Positions 47,201 to 60,318 of a stretch of DNA of 64,000 bases are shown here, piece by piece. Below the pieces are notes generated by a model, which saw nothing but the letters and a program-made list of their open reading frames with translations, did not search any database and was not told the DNA's origin. The DNA is taken from NCBI RefSeq assembly GCF_001949145.1, contig NW_019091356.1, positions 1,801,667 through 1,865,666 of the forward strand, written 5' to 3'. Source of the DNA: Acanthaster planci. Its lineage: Eukaryota. Each line of letters begins with the position of its first letter. Within the stretch, counting starts at the first letter, position 1. The position numbers and the translations under genes were made by a program.

Positions 47201-50200
47201 AAAAAATAATCAGAAAAAAATCAATGCCTGAATTTTGGACATGATATTAGAGGTTGACAAAATGCACATTCAAATCAACCATCTGGGCATTTGAAGTAAA
47301 ACTTGACATGTTATTGAATAAAACCATACGTTTCAAATGATCAGCAACTCAAGTAAACCGAAAAGGGAATGACTTTTGGGCAATGTTAACAACTGACCGT
47401 GTTCTCTGCTCAGCTTAAACGTTTGACATATATACCGCCATAGTTTGATTACAGAAACTGCATCACTCTCAAAAGGAAATTGGTCATTTTATCCAGTGGG
47501 GGAGAGTTGCTAGGGAACAAGTCACAATGAGGAAGTAAGTTCGTTAGTATCGACTTAAAAATAGCTGTGTGTCCTGCATATTCATATCCAGAGTGTCCAC
47601 CGGTTTCTTATGCATGGGGGAAGTAGATAAATGTCAGCAGAAAGTCACTGTATATCCATGCACTAAAGGGAGAATTCAGAAGCTAAGAAGCACCTTTTCT
47701 AGCCCCTAGATCTTTCTACACATCCAAAAGACAGATAAAGGTTATTTTTAAAAGGTAGATTTTACTTGTGCAAAATTGCAAACTCCATATTCATAAATAC
47801 CTCAGACAGTCTCCCTATTCAACAGCGCGCAACTTGACCGTGTATTAACATTTGATAATGCCCCATGAAAAGTGAAAATGCCCGCTGCGTAAATCACACA
47901 CTGGTGCCTGGATACAAGACAGTTTAATCAATTCTGATTGGTCAAGCATCTGTGTGCACAGGGCTCACCATGCATGCACCAACTGGACAATTTGCACAAC
48001 GAATATTCCACAAAATGGACGGGGGTGTTCAGAAAAATGAGAGTAAAATTGTTGAACAAAATCGCTTGAAATCAATCACATATTGACTTCTTTTGATTCG
48101 CTGGTTAAAAAGGTATTTATGAATGGGAATAAATATGTCCTTGGTCGGCCAAAAAGTTTAAGCCTACTGTTTTCCCTAATTAATCTTCAACACTGGTAAG
48201 TAGATCTATGTCATGCACACATCTGCTGGGTCACATTATCCCAGTTGGCTGAAACACGGTCACTTGGGGTCCACTAACAAAAGCTTAAGGTATAAAATTT
48301 ATGTCAGCAGGAACTAGATGCCCATCAAAACATTCGCATACGTAATTTCCAATCAGACACTGTACTCAATATTTTTGGCTGGTTACAGTGCCCTTTTCTG
48401 ATGTGAACAGTGTAACAATAACTAAATCTAGAGAAACATGCGTTAACTGCCCATGAGTCAACTACTCATGAGTTAACTGCCCATGAGTTAACTGCCCATG
48501 AGTCAACTACTCATGAGTTAACTGCCCATGAGTTAACTGCCCATGAGTTAACTGCCCATGAGTTAACTGCTCATGAGTTAACTGCTCATGATTTAACTGC
48601 CCATGAGTTACGTTGAACAGTTCAATTATAAAAGTTTCTCATCCTACTTTAAATTTTTAGAATGGCGTGTTTCAAAACACCTGTGGAGTGCATGATTTGG
48701 TCATTTGTGCTGGTCTATATGCCCAGAGGGACTGTAAGTGACCAGAAGATGGTCGATCCTATTTCTCTCAGCCACAGGAAAATGCACTCCTGGTCACCCA
48801 CAGTCCCTCAGGGTGCACAGACGTGCACTAGTACTGGAAGACTCTTATATACAAGCAAAGCAGGCTTCCTCTGAATCCAGTGGCTGCAGCTTGAAGTTAC
48901 ATAAAAAGTCAATGACAGTGACTGAAGCCATTTCCCATAGAGTTGTACATAATGTCAAGCCACAGCCAAGTAATTAGGACAGGCAAGAGAAATACTCCAG
49001 GGGCCCATTTCAATCACAGGCTGTGCTGAGACTATTTTTGCAAACTTCTGTTTGACAGCCACTTTGGTGAACTGTTTACAGTGGCAAAAAACGAGGGAGC
49101 AAAATGAAGGTGAACCCCCAAAATGGGCAGGGATACTATCAGTATTAATTTATCTTTTAAATTTACTAAATAACCTGTGATGAGCTGAGGAAAAGAAGGA
49201 AAGGAAAGCAGGAAAAGGTATCTCCCTGAAGAAAAACAAATGGAAAAATGAAGGGGGATGTCCATGCCCCCGTTTTTCATTTTGGGGTGGGGGGGATTTG
49301 GGAGATACCCCCCCCCACGGGAGCCCTTCTGGTTCGATCCTGTACCACCCTACACCGCCCTGCTTGGGACACTACTTCTACTATCCTAACCCTGCCCAGG
49401 ACGGCCAGAAATTCTGAGAGAACCCATACAATGTAACAAAATGTCATCAAAAAGGTATTAGGTTAAAGCTGACACAGCCAAAGGGCTGCGGTGTGACCTC
49501 TCGGGCCCCTGTTGCGATAGGACAGGAAACTCACCAAGATGTTGAGGGAGCACCTGATCCCGGTACAACCAGGGATCTTGGCACAGATTGTGGCGGTGCC
49601 TGGCATGGAGTTCATGCTTTGAACAATATGATCGATCAGACCATCCAGGGACGAACACTGCGGCTCCAAAGCCTGCTGTGCATCTACGGAGAAAAAAAGG
49701 GTGGGAGCATATTTTAACCCGCCTTCGATCTACTGTAACAGTCAACGACGGTCAGAAACTCCTTCCACTTGATTTGCCACAGCCCATAGAAATCACATAG
49801 TCTGATTTTAACTGATTAGGACAACTTTGTCAAGAATGCACCTTTGCATAGGAGGGTTAATAAAAAACTATGAAGTTCAGTGGTATATCACCTCAGTGAG
49901 GCAGGGTAAGGGAATATCCCCCCCTTCCACATTTTGTGACAAGTGCACTTTTTTGTGAATGTCATAATGTCTGAATCCCCATGAAAAGAGATGCCTATTG
50001 TCTGGCGCTGTCTTGTCTGAACATGGCAACCCTGCTACAGAAACAGTACGGTGTTGCAACCTTCTTGCCACACGACATTGCTACACCATTGAAGTTCCAC
50101 TTATGTAAGGATCTCCAAACCTCAGAATAATGTCAATTGATCACTCGATCTTTATTCTGTCAAGTCTTAGTCTTTACTTGACTTTAAATTTTGTAAATAA

Positions 50201-50575
50201 ATGAGAACTAAAACGGAAATATTGTTCTATGAGTAAACAAGAAGTAAATTGAAAATGTAGTTAGGCCTACATTGCGTATTCAAAACTGTACGTCTCAAAA
50301 ACTGGAAAATTTCCTTCACAGGCAGAAAGTCTCACTTCAACGTGGAGAATATTATAAAATGAAGTTACTAACAATGAGTCATTTACTAGCAGTGGGTAAC
50401 CAAGGTTATTCAGGATGAGGGAATTACTCTGTCAAAAGATCTTACATGCTATGTGCTGCCTCGATCCAGAGTATAATCCAAGCAAGATTATCATACAAAG
50501 TGTCCAGGATGACTTCCCCACGCCCGTTCCACACTGTAAAGCCATCGTGGTGGTGGTTGGCTGTCTACTGACCAT
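35216..50575 (-). CDS. Uncharacterised type I membrane protein (~625 aa): signal peptide, three six-Cys repeat domains, Pro/Asn/Gln-rich stalk, TM helix, short tail (gene A)
   Basis: 15 phase-compatible GT-AG exons: 50575-50446, 49683-49535, 46047-45912, 45319(or 45343)-45255, 44384-44297, 42715-42564, 42027-41895, 41548-41472, 41040-40947, 39259-39069, 38474-38324, 37807-37658, 37188-37084, 35845-35753, 35379-35216 (1878 nt, open). N-terminal WTLCMIILLGLYSG; TM VPLAIGLLFTSFVIIGAAFGAFYWY followed by RRPR. Extra exons could be hidden in two gaps. Confidence 0.82.
35447..35622. repeat. ~38-bp minisatellite (aaagttcccaggaactgcaatctgactggcataaaaac) x~4.5
   Basis: Direct head-to-tail units without spacers in the last intron of gene A. 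Confidence 0.9.
37984..38150 (+). mobile_element. Degenerate tRNA-derived SINE-like fragment
   Basis: A-box-like tggcacaatg, B-box-like ggatttgaatccc, then a gttttcagcccc...gtttcc core of the kind seen in SINE2 elements. Recognition by eye only. Confidence 0.4.
39858..40837. other. Assembly gap
   Basis: Run of N. Confidence 1.
43472..44166. other. Assembly gap
   Basis: Run of N. Confidence 1.
48437..48610. repeat. 15-bp minisatellite (ccatgagttaactgc) x~11
   Basis: Visible tandem units; adjacent units form near-palindromes (catgagttaactgctcatg). Confidence 0.92.
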
Positions 50576-51526
50576 ATCCTGCGCTCAATTCACATATTTT
50601 GCAAGAGAGGCTTGGCGATTTCGATGCTTCACCAGAAGGGTCCTGGGATGAGCGTCGGATGTGAGTTCGAAGAACTGACTGATGTTTAAGCCAGGCATGG
50701 AACTGGGAATTCAGGGGAGAAAATGAGGAACTTGCTTACAAACTTCAGGTGACTTGTGTGCAGTATTTTCCACTTGTAATAGCAGAAGCAAAACCCAAAG
50801 ACATTAGCAAATCTGAGGAAAACGTGCCCACCTGTTTAGTAACAGTATTTGGGGAAAAAAAGAATCAAAGGTTTTTTTTTTCAAAGCCAATTACTTGGCA
50901 ACCTGTGCAAATAGCAAAGAATTTGAGAGATAAAATCAAATGAATGGACACATTGATCTGAACCACATACTAGTTTTAAGTTAACCCGCCAAACCAGACG
51001 ACCTTTTTATAAAGCACTTCATTTTACATTTCTGTGACAAACATGTAGGATATTCCTGCCCTGAGAAACTCATATCTTAATATTTGGGTCCAACCAAATC
51101 AAATGTACTTCAGAAATGAACATCTTTGAGCAAGTAGACCCAAATCCTGCATGATTCCTTCAAGTCCTGAAATATACAGAGTAATAGGAAACAATATTTC
51201 CTTTCCCGAGATGTCCCAAACATTCAAGATTCCTCCAATTAACTCATAAGCCATAACTCCAAACGTAAAGGGAGAGAAAAACAAACTAGGGACCATCAAA
51301 GAACCATGTACAACCCATTACCTGTCACCCTGTGATGACTCACTTTCTGGAAGGCCTCTCCCAGAAATGCTACAAACTTCATCGAGAAATTCCCAAATGC
51401 TTAAAAGTCCAACAACTTTGTTCATGCTCCATCAAAAGACAGCACTGTAAACTTACCCAAAGTGTAAACAACCATTGTTCCAATTCGGCTGAGACCGAGT
51501 TAAGAAATGAAATTTGCACAACTTAC

Positions 51527-51760
51527 CAGTTTGCAGAGTTGATCCAAGGACGGTGGGTGCAGCGATAAACGTAATCTGTAGGTTTCCATCGTCTGGAAAT
51601 GACTCACGATTGAGGTCAATCTATAAATGGCAGTGCAAGGTGCGAGCCAAGATTCCACTCTGCAAGTGTGTGGCTCAATAGATGACGTCATTACGGCTTC
51701 CAATAACCTGTCATCTGTGGGTGGACTGACGACTATATGCCTTTTTGTGGGCGGGGTGAC
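51527..51760 (-). promoter_or_regulatory. Putative promoter and non-coding first exon of gene A
   Basis: GC box gggcgggg 51749-51756, perfect CRE TGACGTCA 51683-51690 and AP-1 TGACTCA 51600-51606. A consensus minus-strand donor G|GTAAGT at 51526 pairs with the acceptor at 50703-50704 upstream of the ATG exon. Confidence 0.5.
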
Positions 51761-54603
51761 ACACCTCCCGGAATCGAATAAGTCATATCGGGATGGCTCC
51801 AACACTTTTCAGAAGTAGTTGGCCCAAGGATCCCTAAAAGAGTATTAAACAAAGCATTGGCTTGGGGTTTCAACCATTTTGACACAACAAGAACAGAACA
51901 AACACAGAGACTTGAATTAATTCCTTTTAACTACATTTTGTCAAAAATAGTTACTATAAAATAGTTATTCATAGTTGTAAAAAATATAAAACATCAAGAG
52001 TAGCTATCAAATAAGCCAGCCATCTCTCTTTTGTGTCTTTTCATATTTTAAAGACATTCGCGACCTGTCACATTAAATCACACTTTCTGCCCCTTTGAGG
52101 AAAAGTTCGACATGGTCAATAAGTTCTGATTCTGCGAGCAACAAATTGTGACATTATCAAAGCATTCAAAATACGGCGGAATCTATCACATTTGGTGACA
52201 ACTTTTTGGCCGGCCAAAACTTAATCACAGTAACATACATGTACACACTCAGTTTACATGTATGAAGTGAAAAATCTATATGTAATTGCAAATAAAAACA
52301 AGACATCAGACAAAACAGCAAGTTTTACAGTAAGCTTGAAAGAGGGAAATAACTTCCAGTTGCAAGGTTCCTCCAATTCAAAATAAAGACTGTTCTCACA
52401 AACATACATGTATCTAAAAATTATAAGTGCATTTCAATGGGTACAATATTTACACATTTTGATAAACCGCCCAAAAATGCTAACTTTTGATCAAAAGCCT
52501 AAACTCTGCAAACCATACAAGTAAAGTACCCTGCCCTTCAATGGTGACAAAAATATTATAATTTTTGTGCTCATTCTGATGAAAATATGACTTGTGTACT
52601 TGGCAACATCTATACATGCATATGGGCGGGCATGCATGCAGTGTATACCATTACTACACGTAGTGTGTGAAACCATTCCCCACAATGAGATGCCAGGGCT
52701 AGAATATTCACCAGTGTCCCAAACTCTGGGTCACCACGTAAGCGTGCATGATAACGAGAGTACAGATAAGCTGGTTTCTTGCTGGTCCCTCCATTATAAC
52801 CTGAGACTGGATGGAGCAAGGGTGGGAACCAGTCTTGAAGTGATCACTTACTTCCCTGGTTCCCATGCACAATCATCATTGGTTCACCCTGAAGAGTCAG
52901 TAGTGGCAACCAGCTAGTGTCTAACATGGAGTGCACATTACCATTTGAACCCAGTCCATACATCCAGGCACATTTATAAAGTATTTTGAATTCTATGAAA
53001 TGGGTCGCAACTTTACTATTCAAACACCAATCCCAACCAGACTATAGAGAAGTACAGATTACTTGACATAGGCCCTCTCAAACACCTGATAATCTTAAGG
53101 AAAAAAAACCAATGAAAGAAACTTTTGCAAACCTCAGAAGTTATCTAAATTGTCAGCTAAGTGTCCTGCATGGTAGTTTTTTCTCAAATGAAAAAGATAA
53201 AAAACCTTTACAAAAGACTGCAAATCACACGCATTATGTATGTCCACAATACTACATATACATGTGTACATGTAAATACCTCAATCAGAACTGTCTTTTT
53301 TACATCTCAAGAACAGATAGCACAAGTATACTTGAAATATAACATTTGTTAATAATTTTGCCCAATAAAAAGAACATTTAAGTTATACATAACAATTTTA
53401 TTTTATATAACTAATATTTGAAAAAAAATTAACAGTGCTGAGGGTTTGTACTGATTTCCAGAAGTTCAAAAAAAATAATCTAGCAAACTATTTGTACCAT
53501 GGTGCACAGCATAAAACTTCACCTGGACGAAAGCATTGAGAGCCAGCTAGGTATACGTTTCAAGAAGGCAAGGTCGCACTGGAGAACAAAACACCTGTTG
53601 ACACCATGCCTGCTTGAATATGCTCACTGCTTGTGCGTCTGAACACAGCCAACTTGGCAGGGTCAACCTCAAGCAATTAAGTGTTAATGATGCGCTTGAT
53701 TTTGAGCGCGCGTTGTTGAACTACCCAACTGGTTCACTGACTAAAGCGGTATTGGAACCCAGGATCCTCTCTACAGGGCACCAGGGTTAATGGCAGGTTT
53801 TTTGGCATATATATATATATCTTCTTCAGAGGCTGCTAGGAAGAGCGTTCATATGCATATCCCTCCTCGGAATTGGCCAGGAGAGGGTTTGGGGGCGATT
53901 TTATAGGATCAAGGACGATGCATACAGAACCATATCACCCTGTTACATGATATACATGGGATGGCGTGCTCCTAGAGAATGAAGATCATGGAAGATTCCA
54001 AACAAAAATTACCTTTGAATTAAGAGTGGAGGGGCTATGGAAATCTGTAATTTACAGATTAGAATCCCGCTACAGTCCTTGTTCACCAACAAATTCAGGA
54101 TTACATCAATTATTACAGATAGACCCCTACTGAGTGGCAGCACTGCCCTAGTATTGAAAAGTCAACGGGCAAACCCAACTCAACCAGAGCAATTCTCAAG
54201 GTCGACAATAAACTTGCTGAGCAAAAATAATGGGTGTGTTCAACTTTGCGATATACAAGTGTTTCAACCAGTATGACAGCGAGGTGGATATTTCCAAGTA
54301 CTGTGAAAGCTTGGAATGTGTCAAACGGAAACAAAATTATTATTCACTCTTTACAGTTATTTCCTTTTTTTCCCCACCCGTTTAAGTTAATTGCCAGTCT
54401 AAGGTTTAACAAACTTGTAATTTACTGCACAAATTCACTGGGTTGCACAAAGAAAATGTTGCGTTCACTTCGTGTACTTACAAAAGTATTGTTAAGACAT
54501 ATCAATTTTTTTAAGGTCCTTTAATCACATCGCCATCACAAAGGCACTGGCCATGGCATGCTTAACAGTTGTGAACTTACCCGATACAACGGGAGACGGG
54601 GCA

Positions 54604-57600
54604 CTACGTGCACTTAGCCGCAGTCGAATTCTCCACCAGGTGGCTATGATTCATGTACCGGCGAGATCGCCGACGGTACCACACCAGTGCCAAGATGGCT
54701 GCTGCTACCACGACAACAGCAACCACAGATTATTAGTCACTGACATTAAATCACTTGTCGATTTGCAAACTCTGCGTCATCGGCCATTAATCTGGTTGTG
54801 GTAACTTTGTGGAACTTTGTCGGTAAAAGGCCACAACTATCCTTGCTAAGAGAATAACATAATGAACAAGAAATTAAAACAACTCAAGACTGCTTGTTTG
54901 AGGATTTCATGTGGGAACCACATGTCAACTCATGAGAACAAATGATCAATCATTTGTCCAAGACGGTTCCCGTGCTGCAGTGCACTCTCTCAAATGACAG
55001 TATGCACTGGTTGCCTGGACCAGCAATGACAGGTCAATTACGCACCATGAAATGAGCTCCTGCTACTGGGAAAGACAGCGCCACCTACGGTGCACGCACA
55101 AAGCCAATATTCATAAATACCAATGTGTCTGTGTGTGTTTGACTTACCAGCCTTCAACTTGGGTTGGGCCAACGTGCCAGGTTTGCCACCTCTGCTTTTG
55201 GGGGGGCTGGTCATCTTGCTCATTACTGGAGGGACCTGATAAACAATGCAATCAGGATACTGCCGAGTAGAACCAAAAACAATCTGGGACTTCAATACGG
55301 GTGTTTCACAATAGTGTGTCTCCAAGAGTTTGCAATGCAGTAGCCAATCACAAAGCGTGAAATCTGTCGCCCCATGCCAAACACACATTGTGTCGACAGA
55401 TTTCGTGCATCACGATTGGCCAACGCGTTGCAAACTCACGGAGATGCACTATGGCGAAACGTTAACACCCATATTGTGGACGGTAAACAGGCACAATGGC
55501 ATGCTATCTTTGTCCAGAACTCCAATAACATCAAAGAAAATGAAGCTGCACAATTTCTGGGAAGGATCAGACTTTTCATACACTTGAAAAAGTTGAATTT
55601 TGTATCCTTGGCATTTCAGTTTGTTTTGGCTGACCAGTTTTCATTACCTGTTGGGGGCAGGTTTGTAGGCATCATTCACGCTGTCTGGAAAAGGAACTGC
55701 AAAAACAAGAAGCAGGGGAAAACCGAGTTGATGAACGCTACTTTGGTTACTGATGTTAACTTGTACAGTCAGTTCTAACGCTTGTGTGCCAATGAAACCA
55801 ATGATGCCAATGACAAACCAACAGCTGGGGCCAATTTCGTAGTGCTGCTTAAGCGAAAAATTTTTTGAAGCATGAAAAAACCTTGCTTGACAAATCAAGT
55901 TACCCACCCAAACTTCTTGTGATGTATCTTGTTTTGGAATGGTATTTACCTGTCTTTTGGTTAGCATGACAATCACATAAAGTTAAACCGTTATATATAA
56001 TTGATCACATAAAGCTCGAGCAGGTAACCTTTGCTTATTAAGCAAGGTTTTTTCGTGCTTAAGCAAATTCTGCACTTAAGCAGCTCCATGAAATTGGCCC
56101 CAGCACCAATGATGGCCTTTTAAAGCATTTATGCCCCCTCCCTACGCGCAAGCTGCAACTACTGTGCATCCCGGATGCATCATGGATACATGTAAACATC
56201 ATGGACTGCTTGACTTACGGCAAGGCATGACGGGAATGATTCGATCTTGCACCAGGGGGACGGCCATACAAGCAAAAACAACGGGAAATCATGATTGATT
56301 ATGAATCAAACAAGGGACAGAATAACTCTGTGATTTACTTAGTACCCGTAAAGGCATCCGAACTAACAGAAATGTCAGATTTGACAAACTCACCAACAGT
56401 GACGGTCTCCGCGTGGATGAACGGATGGGACCAGACATCCCGGCCATTTCTTTGAATGGTAATGGTGTATGAGATGGGTTCAGTGCAGCTGTCTAGCACA
56501 GATACCGCTGTGATTGGAAGAGACTTGTGGGGGCGGCGGAACAGAACAAAGACAGAATTAATGTGATCTTGCTGCCACCTGGAGGCATGAAGCCTCACTG
56601 TGCCCCGGGAATCCCCCACAACCCTGCTGGCCAGTTGCCCCTCCCGCCCACCTGCCCGACCCTTCGAGACTGTAATATGGATGCAATGAATTGAGCACAT
56701 TATTTAATCCTGGTGGGAACAAAGAAGCCTTCAAAGTAATACATGTACTTTGTTCAACTGTTGACAGAGGAAAAAAAGCTGATTTGACTTGAGAAAGACT
56801 AGTGATGAACACAGCCAAATTACAATTCGGAATTCAACATCCACATTCGTGCATACGTAGATCAATATTTCATGTGCCCAAAGTATGGCATCTCCTCTAC
56901 TGCGACATTATTTGAGAATTCTTTAACTGGCTTTCTGGAACAATCAACTTACAAAAAACCTGATGTCAAATGCACCCATGCATCTGAAGCCACTACAGTC
57001 GTCATTCTTCGTGCAAAGAAAACTGTGAGGCGTCATTCCATTGACAAGTTCTTGCATCTGTTGGCACCGTAAGCTTTGTTGGCCTACGATTACAAAAAAG
57101 GAATTTGTTGGAAGCAAAGCTGCACCCCTCGGTCAAATTGGAAAGAAACCATCAGCAGACTTTGACCAGTCTCTGACAAGAACAGTCCTGGTATGTAATG
57201 CAAAATGTTACAAAGCTACTGAGCTGATTACCCGATAGCTAGCAACAAAGAGAAATACCAAAATTGACATCTATACACAAAGATGATACAAGTTTTGTGC
57301 ACATTCCAAGGAAAACCCGTCAAGCTTTCTGAACATACTGATGCACTAGGCACTATGCTCCTTCCCTAACACACACTAGCTCTTTGTGAGAAGATCACGC
57401 AGCACCATCTACACTGATCCTTGGCAGACTGAGATCGATCGGAACATTTTGAGATGAAATTATTTGTGCTTTGTCAGAGCAAGTGCATATGCCTGTGGAA
57501 CATCAGCCCCATAGGATGCTTCTCCTATAGGTAACACAGCACCCTTTCAAATTCATGCAATCATCTATCCAACCTCAACTAAATTCTTACTTGGGCGCTG

Positions 57601-58678
57601 GGTGGCCGGGAGCAAGGTGGTGTTCTGATGAGCATCGAAGATATATGTGGAACATGGGATGTGCCACAAAATTCCTTCGCAGTCTGCATGTCGGGTGCAG
57701 TTGATGCTACCAGTATCTCTGAAATTTGCCAGCGGTTCCTGCTCTTGGTTAATCTGCTCCACAGCCTCATCTAACGTGTCACATTCTGGCTGGTACGTGG
57801 CTTCTGAGGCACAGAAAAATCAAAGTACACGTTACATAATGCCTTGAACACTGCATGGCCCAAATCAAGGGTAAGTTGATGCATAGTTTGCCAGAGTAAT
57901 TCAGCGTGTCCAATGCTAGAACACCGCCGAACCACGTGAACTTGCTGCCATACCAAAACAGGTGGCCATTTTAGCCCAAAAGGCATGTGATTTGTTGTAT
58001 TGTGTACACTTATGACAACCTCGTAACATACAATTCACCTTGTGTTGACTCCTGGACAAAAAAGGTCCACATCATAGAGTGTGGAAAGTTATGTGAACTA
58101 AGCCTGGTCCGTGAAAGCTTACCCCCTTCCTGGAATACAGTTTTATTACAGGCAGTTTTGGGATTAGGGTTATTTGTAAAGGGAAGAGGGACAGCCAAGC
58201 AAACCCCCAACCAAAAAATCCAGCTTACACAATGTCCAAAGTGGACGGTCGTAATGAAATGAAGGCAAAGTCCAACCTGGGCTAGACCTAGCCCAAGTGG
58301 ACTGTCAGTCCTGATGTAATGAAGACTGGCATCCAATCTGGGCTGGGCCTACATCATGTACAGCAGCTAGACCCTTGTCCACGATGGTCCAGCTCCATAG
58401 GCTATGGGCTTAGCCCAGGCCTAGTCCTTGTCTGTCCCTTCCATCTGACGGCGCATGAAGGTATGCAACGGCGTGGCGTGGTAAGGTTTTTCTTTCCTAA
58501 GTAACATTGTGCTGTATTTAAATTTTAAAACTCACTGTCTTAGAATCAATGAACAACGAACGGCAAAAATAATAGGAAATTCCTACCTGCCGTTTGCAGA
58601 AGAATCCAGGCGCAAATGACACTTGTTAAAATCGTAGCTTAAGCCAACTCGACTCGCACGAGTCGCAGGACGCTTCAT
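54604..58678 (-). pseudogene. Single-domain paralogue of the six-Cys membrane protein family, pseudogene (gene B)
   Basis: Exon remnants: 58678-58587 (signal peptide, +1 shift), 57803-57591 (PECDTL..CTRHADCEGIL, +1 shift), 56523-56394 (DSCTEP), 56266-56219 (PLVQDRIIPVMPC, acceptor lost), 55696-55648 and 55235-55148 (each apparently +1), and a TM exon ~54727-54604 with a disrupted 5' end. The 3'UTR exon starts at 53939. Confidence 0.78.
55824..56104. mobile_element. MITE with perfect 15-bp inverted termini
   Basis: gctggggccaatttc ... gaaattggccccagc, with extended imperfect subterminal inverted repeats. Same family as 19446-19685. Confidence 0.8.
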
Positions 58679-60318
58679 TCTTGGTTTGGCCTTTGATGGT
58701 TTCAGCTAGTTCTTTGAGCATTGATAGTCGACGGAACTATTAAAAGATATCTCTTGGGGTCACCAAGAGACATCTCCCCCCAAATACATTACATTTCCCC
58801 CCAAATTGTGGCCCGGAGTCTACCGCACTGCAACGAGAGCGGGCCAGCGGCGACCACCACGCGCTAGCATGCCAACGAAGTACACGTGCGATCACATGAA
58901 TCGATCATGTCACATTGTGGCCAACAGAGGGCGCCGTCACGGCTCATTAATAACGCACAAGAAGACAGGCCGGTACGGCGGACCTTGGAAGAAGGAAGGC
59001 GAACTTGGTTTCCGGGGACCATACAATTGGGGGTCCAAACGTTTTGACTTTTTTTCTTAACAAGTTGAGCTTTCTGAGCGTTTAGGACAAATTTTGAGGC
59101 CGTTGACATTGGCAAACTATATTTTAGACACTCGAATATCATCAAATAGAAGTAATTACAAGCGACAGTTGGTTTTGTTTTCAGAGGTGAGACCGCATGG
59201 CACAGACTGTGACAGTGGGTACATGTATTCAAAGTTCCTCCGACACCACACCAGAACACGGCCCTCAATCATCCAGTCCATTATGCACTATAATAAACAA
59301 ATCAGCAACCAACTCTTTCAACGAGAAGTTAGCTTTTTTATTGAAATTCTGACATTGTTTCAAATTAATATTGGTGACACCTTGGCTGACAAAAACTGAA
59401 ACACAATGTACACACAGTTTACACCTGGGAGATGAAATAATCAACAGGTTGATTGCAAACAAACCAAAAGACAAAGCAGCTTTACAGTAAGCTTGAAAGA
59501 GGGACAATAACTTGCAGCTGCAAGATACCTCAAATGAAAAATAAAGACTGTTCTAGCTCACAAACACCTGAAATGCTGTCAAAAATTATAACTTCATTTC
59601 AATGGCTACAATATTTACACAACACTTTCTTTAACTGCCATAAAGCATTAATATAAAAATCCCAAACTTTGTACCCTGTACAAGTGGAGTACCCCTTGTG
59701 ACAAAACTATAACCTTATGCCTATGTGCTCATTTTGGTGAAAATATTCCTGGTGCACTTGGCACCATGCATGCACGAAAAAGAGCACGCATGCAATGTGT
59801 TCCCAAACCACAATGTGCGACCATCCCCGGCAATATTCACCGGCAACCCTCAAACCAAGAGGTTGCCACATGAGCCTGAAAATGAGAGTGAAGCGGGGTT
59901 TTATGCTGGTCACTCCATTTTAACCCGAGACTGGATGAGAAAGGGCAAGAACCAGTCTCGCCAACTTCCCTGGTTCCATGTACAACCGTCAACGGTTCAC
60001 ACTGAAGACTTGGGAATGGCAACCCAGAAGTGTCTAACATGGAGTGTGCATTACCAACTGAACCCAGTCCATTCATCCCAAGCCCCATTTACAAATGATT
60101 TGGATTTCTTAGGTACAAGACGCAACTTTACTAATAAAACCACAAAACACAACCAGAGTGAAGAGAACGGCCGGTAACCGAACATTCGCCCTCTTAATAA
60201 ACAACTAGGAATCTTACGAAAAATCCCCATGAAAGAAAAATTTGTACACCTCAGAGCTCCGCTCAAATTGTGGACAAAGTGCAACTGAATGGTAACAGTA
60301 TGTGCTGAGCTACAGCTC

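Noticed and set aside
35216..50575. Calling gene A a LAMP-family protein
   Set aside because: Similar overall architecture, but no C-terminal GYxxPhi motif and a different cysteine pattern.
51527..51833. Possible 307-nt coding exon (acceptor 51834-51835; ORF 51500-51805)
   Set aside because: No family similarity or compatible frame; the region is better explained as promoter and 5'UTR.
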